DNA of 13,829 nt, taken from NCBI GenBank assembly GCA_049969615.1, contig JBMFOM010000052.1:1-13829 (forward strand), written 5' to 3'. The stretch is from a candidate division WOR-3 bacterium. GTDB taxonomy: Bacteria > Hydrothermota > Hydrothermia > JBDRYB01. The notes beneath the pieces were generated by a model that saw nothing but the letters and a program-made list of their open reading frames with translations, made no database searches and was not told the DNA's origin. The position numbers and the translations under genes were made by a program. This document shows positions 1 to 7,690 of the stretch, piece after piece (position 1 is the stretch's first letter; every line of letters begins with the position of its first letter).

Positions 1-91
1 TCATGCCCATATTTTAATGGCCAGGGTCAATCCGGGGCCAGTAGTAGGCCAACAGGCCAACCGGGTGAAGGATCACCCCACCGACAACTGG

Positions 92-121
92 TTGAAAATA
101 CTACCTGAGTTGTTTTACAAT
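92..121 (+). promoter_or_regulatory. sigma70-type promoter for asnA
   Basis: TTGAAA (92-97), 18-nt spacer, TACAAT (116-121); about 100 nt upstream of the AGGAGAGGAG RBS and ATG at 229. Confidence 0.6.
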
Positions 122-139
122 CTGAGCCTTTCGGTGAAT

Positions 140-196
140 GTCTCTGGAATATGCCCCAAAATAGGAAAGATGAATGTAGGGGGGCGATCTGGAGAC
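140..196 (+). promoter_or_regulatory. structured 5' leader hairpin upstream of asnA
   Basis: GTCTCTGGA (140-148) pairs with TCTGGAGAC (188-196) using two G-U pairs; GCCCC (153-157) pairs with GGGGC (181-185); purine-rich 23-nt loop. Confidence 0.4.
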
Positions 197-228
197 TGGC
201 TTTAAACGATAGGAGAGGAGAAAAGACT

Positions 229-1368
229 ATGGAACAAAGCTATGACAAGACAAAGGACCTGGCCGGACCGGGCGTGAGCACCTATGAAGAGGTGGCTAAG
301 ATCCTGCCCAACGATTACAAACCGCTTCTGGGCCCAAAGGATCGGATGAAGGCCCTGTTCAGGGTAAAGAGCTTCATTGAAGAGAACCTCTGTAAGGAGC
401 TCAACCTGTTCATGGTCCAGGTGCCCCTGATCGTCACCAAGGAAAGCGGCGTGAACGACTATCTGGACCGCGATGGCTCGCGCACGCCCATAGAGTTTGA
501 GTGCGGATTGGGCCTCAAAAAACGTATACAGGCGCAGATAGTCCAGGCCGCCACAAAGTGGAAGAGGATGGCGCTCAGGCAGTTTGAGTGTAAGGTAGGC
601 GAAGGCATCTGCACGGACATGCGCGCGGTGAGAAAGGACTATTTCCTTGACCACGACCACAGCTCCTATGTGGACCAGTGGGACTGGGAAAAGGTCATAA
701 CCCCTGAGGACAGGAATCTTGACTACCTCAAGAAAACCGTGGAGAAGATCTGGGGCGTAATCTACGAGGCGAGCCAGATGATCCAAAAGGAGTTCCCTGC
801 GCTGGCCACTGATAAGTATCCGCCCTTCCCCAAGAAGATAGAGTTCTTCCACGCTGAGGAAATACTTGAGCGCTATCCTGACCTGCCTCGCAAACAACGC
901 GAGACCAAGATGCTAACGGAGGTCGCTCCTGCTATCTTTATCATCGGCATAGGCTACACCTTGGACGACGGTTACCCGCACGAGATGCGCGCCGCTGATT
1001 ACGATGACTGGATCACGCCCACCATAGTCAAGAACGGCAAGCAGTTCCACGGCTTGAACGGTGATATTTTGGTGTGGAACCCGGTGACAAGGCGCAGGCA
1101 TGAGCTGACCTCAATGGGCATCAGGGTAACGAAGGAAACCCTTGTCCAACAGCTCAAAGAGACAAAACAGGAACACTTCCTGGAACTGCCTTATCACCAG
1201 GCCATCCTGAAGGACGAGATACCTCTGTCTATCGGCGGCGGCATCGGACAGGGAAGGACTTATATGTATCTCCTGCGCACCGCTCATCTGGGAGAAGTAA
1301 CTGTCACTGTGTGGCCGAAGGAACTTAAGGAAATCTGCGAGCCCAGGAATATCATCGTCCTGGAATAA
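229..1368 (+). CDS. asnA: aspartate--ammonia ligase (asparagine synthetase A)
   Basis: AsnA motifs KWKR, HSSYVDQWDWE, RAADYDDW, LNGDILVWN, ELTSMGIRV, SIGGGIGQGR. Start moved from 151 to ATG 229, which follows RBS AGGAGAGGAG (211-220); 379 aa. Confidence 0.95.
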   Translation: MEQSYDKTKDLAGPGVSTYEEVAKILPNDYKPLLGPKDRMKALFRVKSFIEENLCKELNLFMVQVPLIVTKESGVNDYLDRDGSRTPIEFECGLGLKKRIQAQIVQAATKWKRMALRQFECKVGEGICTDMRAVRKDYFLDHDHSSYVDQWDWEKVITPEDRNLDYLKKTVEKIWGVIYEASQMIQKEFPALATDKYPPFPKKIEFFHAEEILERYPDLPRKQRETKMLTEVAPAIFIIGIGYTLDDGYPHEMRAADYDDWITPTIVKNGKQFHGLNGDILVWNPVTRRRHELTSMGIRVTKETLVQQLKETKQEHFLELPYHQAILKDEIPLSIGGGIGQGRTYMYLLRTAHLGEVTVTVWPKELKEICEPRNIIVLE

Positions 1369-1389
1369 CCAAGTGCGAAACCAGAACAA

Positions 1390-1422
1390 AGCCGGTCAGT
1401 TATAACTGACCGGCTGTTTTTT
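1390..1422. terminator. intrinsic terminator, probably bidirectional, between convergent genes
   Basis: Perfect 26-bp palindrome AGCCGGTCAGTTA/TAACTGACCGGCT (1390-1415), followed by GTTTTTT on + and preceded by an A-rich stretch (T-rich on -). Confidence 0.85.
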
Positions 1423-1447
1423 ACACGAGAAGGTTCAATCCTTAAAC

Positions 1448-3022
1448 CTATCTGGTGAACGCCCCTGCCTCTTCCTGACCGTCCTTTGTCCTCAGGATAA
1501 CCCTATAGTAGCCCTTGCCCAGGCCGGAAAGATCAACCCTGAACTGGCCGGAAACCTCACGGCTAAGAGCGAGCCTGCCTGTTCCATCATAGACAGAGAG
1601 GATTCCCTCAGAAACCTTGCCAATGGCGGTCTGGCCACCGAGGATTTTCAGGTTTGGCTCATGAACAGCGTAGTCCTCTTTCACCTCGCTCGCGGTGGTG
1701 TCAGTCCCAAAATATATCTTTTGGTGGCCCTCTCTGGTATCTGTCCAGACCAGATATGGTTTGCCGTTGTGGCCAGCCAGGCCTATGTATTCGCCTATTA
1801 GGCCAGCCTTCTGAACGGGTGATGAAGACTCCGATGTCACGCGTCGGTTTGGCTCCCAAGTGGCTCCGCCATCTGTGCTTCTGGTGTAGTAGAGGTTAAA
1901 GGAGTAGTTTGATGGGTCGTCCCGTCTGTCATAGAAAGCAACGTGAATAACACCGGTGTTATCAACAAAAAGCCAGGGATGGAACTGGTCCCGGTTGTTG
2001 CCGGTTGGGTCGTCGTTTATCCGGAGGGGCGATGTCCAGCTTATGCCGCCGTTGGTTGATTTTATGAAGTATATGTCCAGTCCGGACGAACCGTTGTAAC
2101 CAGCGTAGGCTATGTAGAGATTGCCATCGTAGGGACCACCGGTTATATCCGCGTCCATTGCCGGGAACGAGAAGGTCTGTATTCCGCCGTTGATCTCGCC
2201 CATACCAAAACCGGTGTTAACCAGGGGATTATCGGTTCCAAAAGAACTGCCGCCATTAGTGGACTTGTCCAAGTATATGTAGTTATCACCCAGGTCAACC
2301 CAGGCGATATACAGGGTTCCATCGGAGCCAACGCACGGCACTGACCACTGGGTATAGTTGGATGTGGAGACGCGAACCGGGCTGTTCCAGGTCTGGCCCC
2401 TGTCGGTTGATCTTATGCAGGATATATAGCAGTAGGAGAGGTAATTGGCGAAACGTGTCCAGGATATATACATGTATCCATCCCTGGAGCCGCCGGTCCT
2501 GTCAACCGTGGTCATCTGCTTGTCCTCAAAGTAATAATCGCCTGGTGTGTATAGCGCGGTGAATGGGCCTTCCCAGCTCATCCCGTTGTTCGTTGACCGG
2601 TAAACCTGAAAGCCGGAGTTCTCATATCCTGAAGGGGCGAAGTTCAGCGCTGTGGCGTAAAATGTTCCATCAGACGCAATTGTAAGACAGGGGTCAGAAT
2701 CCCATGACTCTATGCCTGGAACCAGCAGGCTGTCCGACCAGATCTGGCCCTCGTTCGTGGAAACCCCCACACCAATGCGCCTATAGCCGAGACGGAAATC
2801 CCGCCATACAGCCACCAGATTCTGGGGGCTCAGGGGGTTCATCCAGACCTGTTCCTCGTTGTGTATGTTCGTGCTTGTATCGGAGTTGACCCTTATGTTG
2901 GAGAAATCGGTCGTGACCTTGTCGCCGAGGATGCGGACATTCTCAGTGTTGGTCTGGGTCTCCCAGACGTCCTTAAGAATCAAGGGATCATCAACGCAAA
3001 CGAGAAAAAAGAGTATATTCAT
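1448..3022 (-). CDS. secreted Asp-box/BNR-repeat beta-propeller (sialidase-family-like) protein with T9SS type A-like C-terminal sorting domain
   Basis: Six Asp-box motifs (STNEGQIW, STNNGMSW, STDRGQTW, STNGGSSF, STNGGISW, STDGGATW), FEDKQM, DQFHPW, IGEYIGL; C-terminus VYDGTGR...DLSGLGKGYYRV. ATG 3022 (MNILFFLVC) preferred over GTG 3043 because the promoter overlaps the latter. Confidence 0.8.
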   Translation of the reverse strand: MNILFFLVCVDDPLILKDVWETQTNTENVRILGDKVTTDFSNIRVNSDTSTNIHNEEQVWMNPLSPQNLVAVWRDFRLGYRRIGVGVSTNEGQIWSDSLLVPGIESWDSDPCLTIASDGTFYATALNFAPSGYENSGFQVYRSTNNGMSWEGPFTALYTPGDYYFEDKQMTTVDRTGGSRDGYMYISWTRFANYLSYCYISCIRSTDRGQTWNSPVRVSTSNYTQWSVPCVGSDGTLYIAWVDLGDNYIYLDKSTNGGSSFGTDNPLVNTGFGMGEINGGIQTFSFPAMDADITGGPYDGNLYIAYAGYNGSSGLDIYFIKSTNGGISWTSPLRINDDPTGNNRDQFHPWLFVDNTGVIHVAFYDRRDDPSNYSFNLYYTRSTDGGATWEPNRRVTSESSSPVQKAGLIGEYIGLAGHNGKPYLVWTDTREGHQKIYFGTDTTASEVKEDYAVHEPNLKILGGQTAIGKVSEGILSVYDGTGRLALSREVSGQFRVDLSGLGKGYYRVILRTKDGQEEAGAFTR

Positions 3023-3031
3023 ATCAGGCAA

Positions 3032-3060
3032 ATTATAACCCACTTCCTACGCGGGATCAA
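3032..3060 (-). promoter_or_regulatory. sigma70-type promoter, near-leaderless transcript
   Basis: Minus strand: TTGATC, 17 nt, TATAAT, then 9 nt to ATG 3022; no Shine-Dalgarno. Confidence 0.75.
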
Positions 3061-3121
3061 TTATTCGCTTTCCTCGTGATCCTTCAAGGGTTTCCTGACC
3101 TTGTTGCTGAGGCAGGGGGGT

Positions 3122-4030
3122 TCAACCCTTTTTCCCGGTGAAGAGAGCTTTTATCACATAGCCCAGCATGTCTGGGTTCTCCTTGAATCGCCTTATCACA
3201 TAGGGCTTCCATTCCTTGCCGAACGGGACATATAGTCTCATCCTGTGGCCCTCCGCGACCAGGATGTCCCTGAGCCCTTCTTTTACTCCATATAGCATCT
3301 GGAACTCGTATTGGTCCGTCTTTAGACCGAGTTCGTGGACAATTGCGAGGGCTTCCCAAATCATCCTCTCGTTGTGGGTGGCGAAGGCTGGGTATCCCCC
3401 GGCAGAGGCGAGTATTTTCCCCACCAGGCCAAAGTTCCTCTGGACTACATATGGCTCCTGAAAAGCCACTGAGACAGGCTCCTTATATATGCCCTTGCAT
3501 ATCCTGACTACCGGCTTCCATTTTGCCATGCGTTTCATGTCAGACACAGCGCGTCTGAGCATTGCTTGGCTGACCCATCCGAGGTTATCATGGCCCTCGT
3601 TTCTGAGGCGCTCGTATATCTCAAGCGTAGCGTCCACCGTCTGGGAATCCTCCATATCCATACACACGAACCTTCCAACAGCGGCCGCGGCCTGGACCAC
3701 TTCTTTCACATTCGCGTAGCAGAAGTCCTTGCTTATGAGAAGGCCGAAGTGAGTGGGTTTGATGGATATATCCGCGGCGAGCTGCTCCCTATCAAGCGCC
3801 TGGAGTATTTCCTTGTAGGTTTTTACAACCTCCATGACATGGCGTTCATCCGCCAGGCTTTCCCCGAGAAGATCAACTGTTGCCAGGATGCCATTGTTGT
3901 TGAGTTCGCGGACAACGCGCAGGGCGTCCGAGAGATCCGGGCCCGCTATGTATCTCTTGGCAAAAAGAAAGAGAATGGGTTTTGGGATGGCCCGGAGGAT
4001 GAGAATGACGAGTTTGTTTATCAGGTTCAT
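3122..4030 (-). CDS. monofunctional proline dehydrogenase (PutB/ProDH family)
   Basis: RYIAG, DLLGE, SIKPT, DMED, RICKGIYKE, FATHN, EFQMLYG, RLYVPFG-x2-W-x2-Y-x2-RR-x2-E motifs; 302 aa with no P5C dehydrogenase domain. Confidence 0.92.
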   Translation of the reverse strand: MNLINKLVILILRAIPKPILFLFAKRYIAGPDLSDALRVVRELNNNGILATVDLLGESLADERHVMEVVKTYKEILQALDREQLAADISIKPTHFGLLISKDFCYANVKEVVQAAAAVGRFVCMDMEDSQTVDATLEIYERLRNEGHDNLGWVSQAMLRRAVSDMKRMAKWKPVVRICKGIYKEPVSVAFQEPYVVQRNFGLVGKILASAGGYPAFATHNERMIWEALAIVHELGLKTDQYEFQMLYGVKEGLRDILVAEGHRMRLYVPFGKEWKPYVIRRFKENPDMLGYVIKALFTGKKG

Positions 4031-4056
4031 TTCTCAAAAACATCCTAGGGGAAGGC

Positions 4057-5211
4057 CTATGCCTTCTCCGGTTTGCCCTCCTCTGCCGTGGGTGGAGCTT
4101 CCTTCTCAACGACTATCTCCTCTATTGCCTCTGGCCTCTGCGCCAGGAGGTCAATGTCATCCTTCTTCTTGTAGAGAACCGTGTAGATCAAGGTCTGACC
4201 TGACCAGCAGATCGCGCCCAGGTATGAGAACAGGAGGAATAGTATTATGTAATAGACGATGCCGAGGGTGATGCCAGCCGCTATGGTGGAAGACGCGGTC
4301 GCTGTGTGACCAGTGAGGGCAAAGAATCTGGATAGGCTCGTCCAATCCATGAACTTCACGCCCCAGATTGATAGCGAGAACCAGTCAACGAACCTGACCG
4401 CGACATCATGAGCGAATAGGGCCTGCGGATAGCCGAAGCCCATGGCCCAGAAGGTCAGCTTCGCACCCAAGGTAAGGAAGAAACCGAAGATTATTATCGC
4501 TACGGCCTTGACCACAACGAGAAGGGCCTCGTATACCAAGAAACGCCAGTTCTGCTCGTTTATGATAGAGAAGGTTTCAAACAGCGCGTCAAAGGTGTCT
4601 GCTTGGGTAGTTGCGACTGCTGGCGCGACCATGAAAAGGGAGACCGCGAAGCCTATGATTACATATATTATGAACAGAGAGACGAAAAGGAAGAAGATGA
4701 ACAGGATGGCGTCTATTACACCACCGGCCGCGGGTATCCTGCCCAGATAAAAGACGCCTACCTCAATCGCCAGGAGGACAATTGCAAGAATGAGGAGAGT
4801 CAAGGGCGCCAGAACGGTGGCCTTGCCCTTGACGAGGGCCAGCTTAAGCGCCTTGGAGACCTCGTATAGTTCGTCGCCCTTGAACTGCTCATAGGCTATC
4901 TTTGATATGGCAACGCCTGTGAAAAGCTGGACGATCACGAAGAGCGCGACGCCTATCCACCAGAGTATCTGGGATTTCGGGGCGAAAGCCAGGTAATCTC
5001 CCGTGAGGACGGGGACTGGCAAGAGGTGATAGAAACGCCAGACATCCTCTACTCTGAACCCGGCCATAGTGTATGCCAGGTAGGTCAGGGGCACATATAG
5101 GATAAGTCCTATGACTATGCCTATGAACTGTACCCACATCTTCTTGACAGAGAGCCCATAGCGAGGGGCTCTCAGAATATCCTTGAAGTTGAAGTGGAGC
5201 TTTATGTGCAT
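4057..5211 (-). CDS. hypothetical multi-pass membrane protein
   Basis: 384 aa with roughly 7-9 long hydrophobic segments and an acidic C-terminal tail; TGATG overlap with the upstream amidohydrolase stop codon. Confidence 0.8.
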   Translation of the reverse strand: MHIKLHFNFKDILRAPRYGLSVKKMWVQFIGIVIGLILYVPLTYLAYTMAGFRVEDVWRFYHLLPVPVLTGDYLAFAPKSQILWWIGVALFVIVQLFTGVAISKIAYEQFKGDELYEVSKALKLALVKGKATVLAPLTLLILAIVLLAIEVGVFYLGRIPAAGGVIDAILFIFFLFVSLFIIYVIIGFAVSLFMVAPAVATTQADTFDALFETFSIINEQNWRFLVYEALLVVVKAVAIIIFGFFLTLGAKLTFWAMGFGYPQALFAHDVAVRFVDWFSLSIWGVKFMDWTSLSRFFALTGHTATASSTIAAGITLGIVYYIILFLLFSYLGAICWSGQTLIYTVLYKKKDDIDLLAQRPEAIEEIVVEKEAPPTAEEGKPEKA

Positions 5212-6512
5212 CAGAAAACCTCCTTTATCTTCTCGTTGATAAACATCTCGGCCTCTCTGATCTCATTTTCGGAGATGGTGAGGACTTTCTTCTCCTCAAC
5301 GACCACTCTCCCGCCAATCACTACCCACGCCACATCCATTCCGGACGCGGAATAGACCATGTGGGACTCCGGATTGCGCAGGGGACGCAGGTGAGGGTGC
5401 CTGCAGTCAATTACCACGAAGTCAGCCAACTTGCCCGGGCTTAGCGAGCCGAGCCTATCCTCGAGGCCAACCATCTTCGCACCGCCAAGGGTTGCGAGCT
5501 GGAGCACATCCGCAGCTGAGATGACTGTTGGATCAAGGGAATACGCCTTGTGAATGAGCGCGCAGGTTCTCATCTCATCAAACATGTCCAGGTTGTTGTT
5601 GGATGCCGCGCCGTCGGTCCCCAAGCCGAGCTTTACGCCCCTTGCCAAGTATTCCGGGAGGGGCGCTACCCCGGAAGCCAGCTTGCAGTTGGATTGGGGG
5701 CAGTGGGCAATTCCAGCCCCACAGGAGGCGAGTATATCCATCTCCTCAGGATCAACCCAGACACCGTGCGCGCCAACGAACCACGGGCCCAGGACACCGA
5801 GTTCTTCCAGGAACTTGACCGGCGTGGTGCCATGGGTCTCAAGCATTTCCTCAACCTCAGCCTTTGTCTCCGAGAGGTGAATGTGCAGGGGAACGCCCTG
5901 GTCTCTCGCTAGAGCGGTTCCTTCCCGAAGCAGTTCTGGGGAACAGGAATAAGGCGCGTGGAGGCCCACCCCTGGGTAGATCTGATCGTCGTCCTTCCAG
6001 CGTTCTATGAAATCCCTGGTCCTCTCCATGCCCTCTACGGGTGTTCTGGCAGAAGGGGTTGGATAATTCAGGACGCCCTCGGTGAGAATCGCCCTCATGC
6101 CCGCCTTTTTAACCTCTTCCGCGAGGACATCCTGAAAGAAATACATGTCATTGAACAGGGTTGTTCCGGTCGCGAGCATTTCCGAGAGGGCAATCTTTGC
6201 CGCGTGCCGGATGAACTCCTCTGAGACAACAGCTCGCTCGGCTGGCCAGATGTAGTTGCCCAACCATTCTGAGAGCGGGAGGTCATCCGCGAGGCCCCGG
6301 AAACCGACCATGGCCGCGTGGCAGTGTGCGTTGATCAGGCCGGGCATGATTACTGCACATGGGAATTCCATACCCTCACCGTCATATTCGCGCATGAGAT
6401 CAGGTGCCTTCCCGACCGCGATTATCCTGTCCCCGTCGGTGAGAACAGCACCGTTCTCAATGGTGCCCAATTCCGGATCGCAGGTGATAACCCAACGAGC
6501 CTGCCAGAGCAT
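5211..6512 (-). CDS. mtaD: metal-dependent amidohydrolase, 5-methylthioadenosine/S-adenosylhomocysteine deaminase (MtaD/ATZ-TRZ) family
   Basis: PGLINAHCH (HxH), FRGLADDLPLxxWL, GTTxFxDMYF, HAPYSC, HIHLSET, AHGV, HCPxSNxKLASG, GTDGAASNNNLDM, GSLxPGKxAD. The family is secure; the exact substrate is inferred. Confidence 0.8.
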   Translation of the reverse strand: MLWQARWVITCDPELGTIENGAVLTDGDRIIAVGKAPDLMREYDGEGMEFPCAVIMPGLINAHCHAAMVGFRGLADDLPLSEWLGNYIWPAERAVVSEEFIRHAAKIALSEMLATGTTLFNDMYFFQDVLAEEVKKAGMRAILTEGVLNYPTPSARTPVEGMERTRDFIERWKDDDQIYPGVGLHAPYSCSPELLREGTALARDQGVPLHIHLSETKAEVEEMLETHGTTPVKFLEELGVLGPWFVGAHGVWVDPEEMDILASCGAGIAHCPQSNCKLASGVAPLPEYLARGVKLGLGTDGAASNNNLDMFDEMRTCALIHKAYSLDPTVISAADVLQLATLGGAKMVGLEDRLGSLSPGKLADFVVIDCRHPHLRPLRNPESHMVYSASGMDVAWVVIGGRVVVEEKKVLTISENEIREAEMFINEKIKEVF

Positions 6513-6520
6513 TAGTGCAA

Positions 6521-6550
6521 ATATTAAAGCAAAAGCACGCGCGCGGGCAA
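6521..6550 (-). promoter_or_regulatory. putative promoter for the mtaD-membrane protein-proDH operon, near-leaderless
   Basis: Minus strand: TTGCCC, 18 nt, TAATAT, then 8 nt to ATG 6512; no SD. Confidence 0.5.
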
Positions 6551-6644
6551 AGCCAGCGCGCTGGGTGGTTATGATTTGCAGTGGCTCTTTTCTCGTGTGA
6601 TCCTGGAGCAGTTGCAGGCTCTGTCAGAGATTGAAACCGCCGAA

Positions 6645-6797
6645 CTAGTGCATCAGAGACCAGGCAGACCTGCTTTTGTTGCCTCTTTTTACCAACCTCC
6701 CATCTGGATCAGATTTCCTTTCAGCCGGGACAATGCTCGCATCAATTAGGGCCCCAGCGCTCACCCTTAGTCCTCTCCTTGTAGCCGGGACCCTTAT
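6645..6797 (-). mobile_element. IS5-family transposase remnant (fragment)
   Basis: Stop-to-stop minus frame reads IRVPATRRGLRVSAGALIDASIVPAERKSDPDGRLVKRGNKSRSAWSLMH*, matching the IS5 pattern GL-x3-G-x2-(V/I)DA(T/S)I(I/V)xA...D-x-D/E...K(K/R)G-x-K around the first catalytic Asp. No start codon; decays afterwards. Confidence 0.6.
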
Positions 6798-6805
6798 TCA
6801 TGCCT

Positions 6806-6811
6806 TAAAAT
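6806..6811 (+). promoter_or_regulatory. -10 element for the 6821 gene, near-leaderless
   Basis: TAAAAT 9 nt before ATG 6821; no SD; no convincing -35. Confidence 0.4.
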
Positions 6812-6820
6812 ATCCTGCCT

Positions 6821-7690
6821 ATGCTCGTTTTTCTTCTTTCCCAGGTTCTCAACACTTGGGAACCTGTAGCAGTTTTGCCCTGCCCATTGGTTGATGTGGA
6901 GCCTGGCGATGGCGTCTTCTATGGTGCTGATTCCCTGAACAGGCGAGTTATTGCCTTTGATAGTCTGGGCAGTATCCTCTGGGAGTTTCCTTGTTGGCCG
7001 GATTCCCGAGGCCCGTTCAGTATTAGCTGGAATGGGGAGCACATCCTCGTAGCCCTTGAGGGTCATGTTGCCCTCCTGAGTCAGGGGGGTTCGTGCGAGC
7101 AAGTGTTTCAGACCAATGGGGTTTTAGTCCAGAATGTAGCTAGGTCAATAGCCCAATACGGCGGCCTAATTCTGATTTTGGGCTATGATCCCTCCGACGG
7201 GACGGTGTTCCAACCATTCCAAGATCCCGGGGGTAAGAAGGGGAGCTTCGGTCTTCCGGGCGACAGGTCAATAGCAGAGCTTTACCCCGGAGCGTGCACG
7301 CCCGTTGGCCTGGCTGTCAGCCCTGATACTCTACTCGTGTTCGCGGTCAACCCGTTTCACCCCAAGGGCATGCTTTATGGTAACGGACGCTACCTGAATT
7401 CCGCCAAAATACCAATGGAGGTTGATAAAGCCACTGTTACAACGGATGGCAGGTTGGTTTTGAGGCAGGTCTATTCCTCGGCGTTCTCAGGCGACACAAT
7501 TTTTCTCTGTGTCTATGTCCCTTTGGCTGGCATCCTGAAGGTTTTCCTTTACTCGGTTCCCAAATGTTCGCTTTTGGCCACGCTTGAGGCTCCTCAGGGA
7601 TACCAAATGGCAAATAGGCTACTGAGGGTGGAAAGGGATTGGCTCCTTCTTTGGGGTGAAAAAGGCATATGGAGGACGAAATGGAGATGA
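6821..7690 (+). CDS. hypothetical exported protein, probable NHL-like/6-bladed beta-propeller
   Basis: 289 aa; short hydrophobic N-terminus; LVDVEPGDGVFYGADSLNRRVIAFDSLG and GLAVSPDTLLVF resemble propeller blades; stop overlaps the next gene's start. Confidence 0.6.
   Translation: MLVFLLSQVLNTWEPVAVLPCPLVDVEPGDGVFYGADSLNRRVIAFDSLGSILWEFPCWPDSRGPFSISWNGEHILVALEGHVALLSQGGSCEQVFQTNGVLVQNVARSIAQYGGLILILGYDPSDGTVFQPFQDPGGKKGSFGLPGDRSIAELYPGACTPVGLAVSPDTLLVFAVNPFHPKGMLYGNGRYLNSAKIPMEVDKATVTTDGRLVLRQVYSSAFSGDTIFLCVYVPLAGILKVFLYSVPKCSLLATLEAPQGYQMANRLLRVERDWLLLWGEKGIWRTKWR

Noticed and set aside
63..78. Small hairpin GGGTGA-AGGA-TCACCC
   Set aside because: Only a 6-bp stem with no U-tract and no context at the window edge
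151..228. N-terminal extension of asnA from ATG 151
   Set aside because: No SD at 151, a strong SD precedes ATG 229, and the extension overlaps the leader hairpin
202..897. 231-aa antisense ORF, plus other ORFs overlapping asnA, proDH, mtaD, pdxS, MFP and Yip1 (e.g. 3566..4048, 9208..9705, 12404..12919)
   Set aside because: Shadow frames of well-supported genes with no recognisable motifs
6575..6588. GAGCCACTGCAAA (minus strand) resembling an IS5-group terminal repeat
   Set aside because: Wrong orientation for the right end of the adjacent fragment, and no partner repeat found
6716..6791. Direct repeat TCCTTnnAGCCGGGAC at 60-bp spacing (CRISPR-like period)
   Set aside because: Only two short copies, no cas genes, and it lies within the IS5 remnant where both encode VPA-x-R
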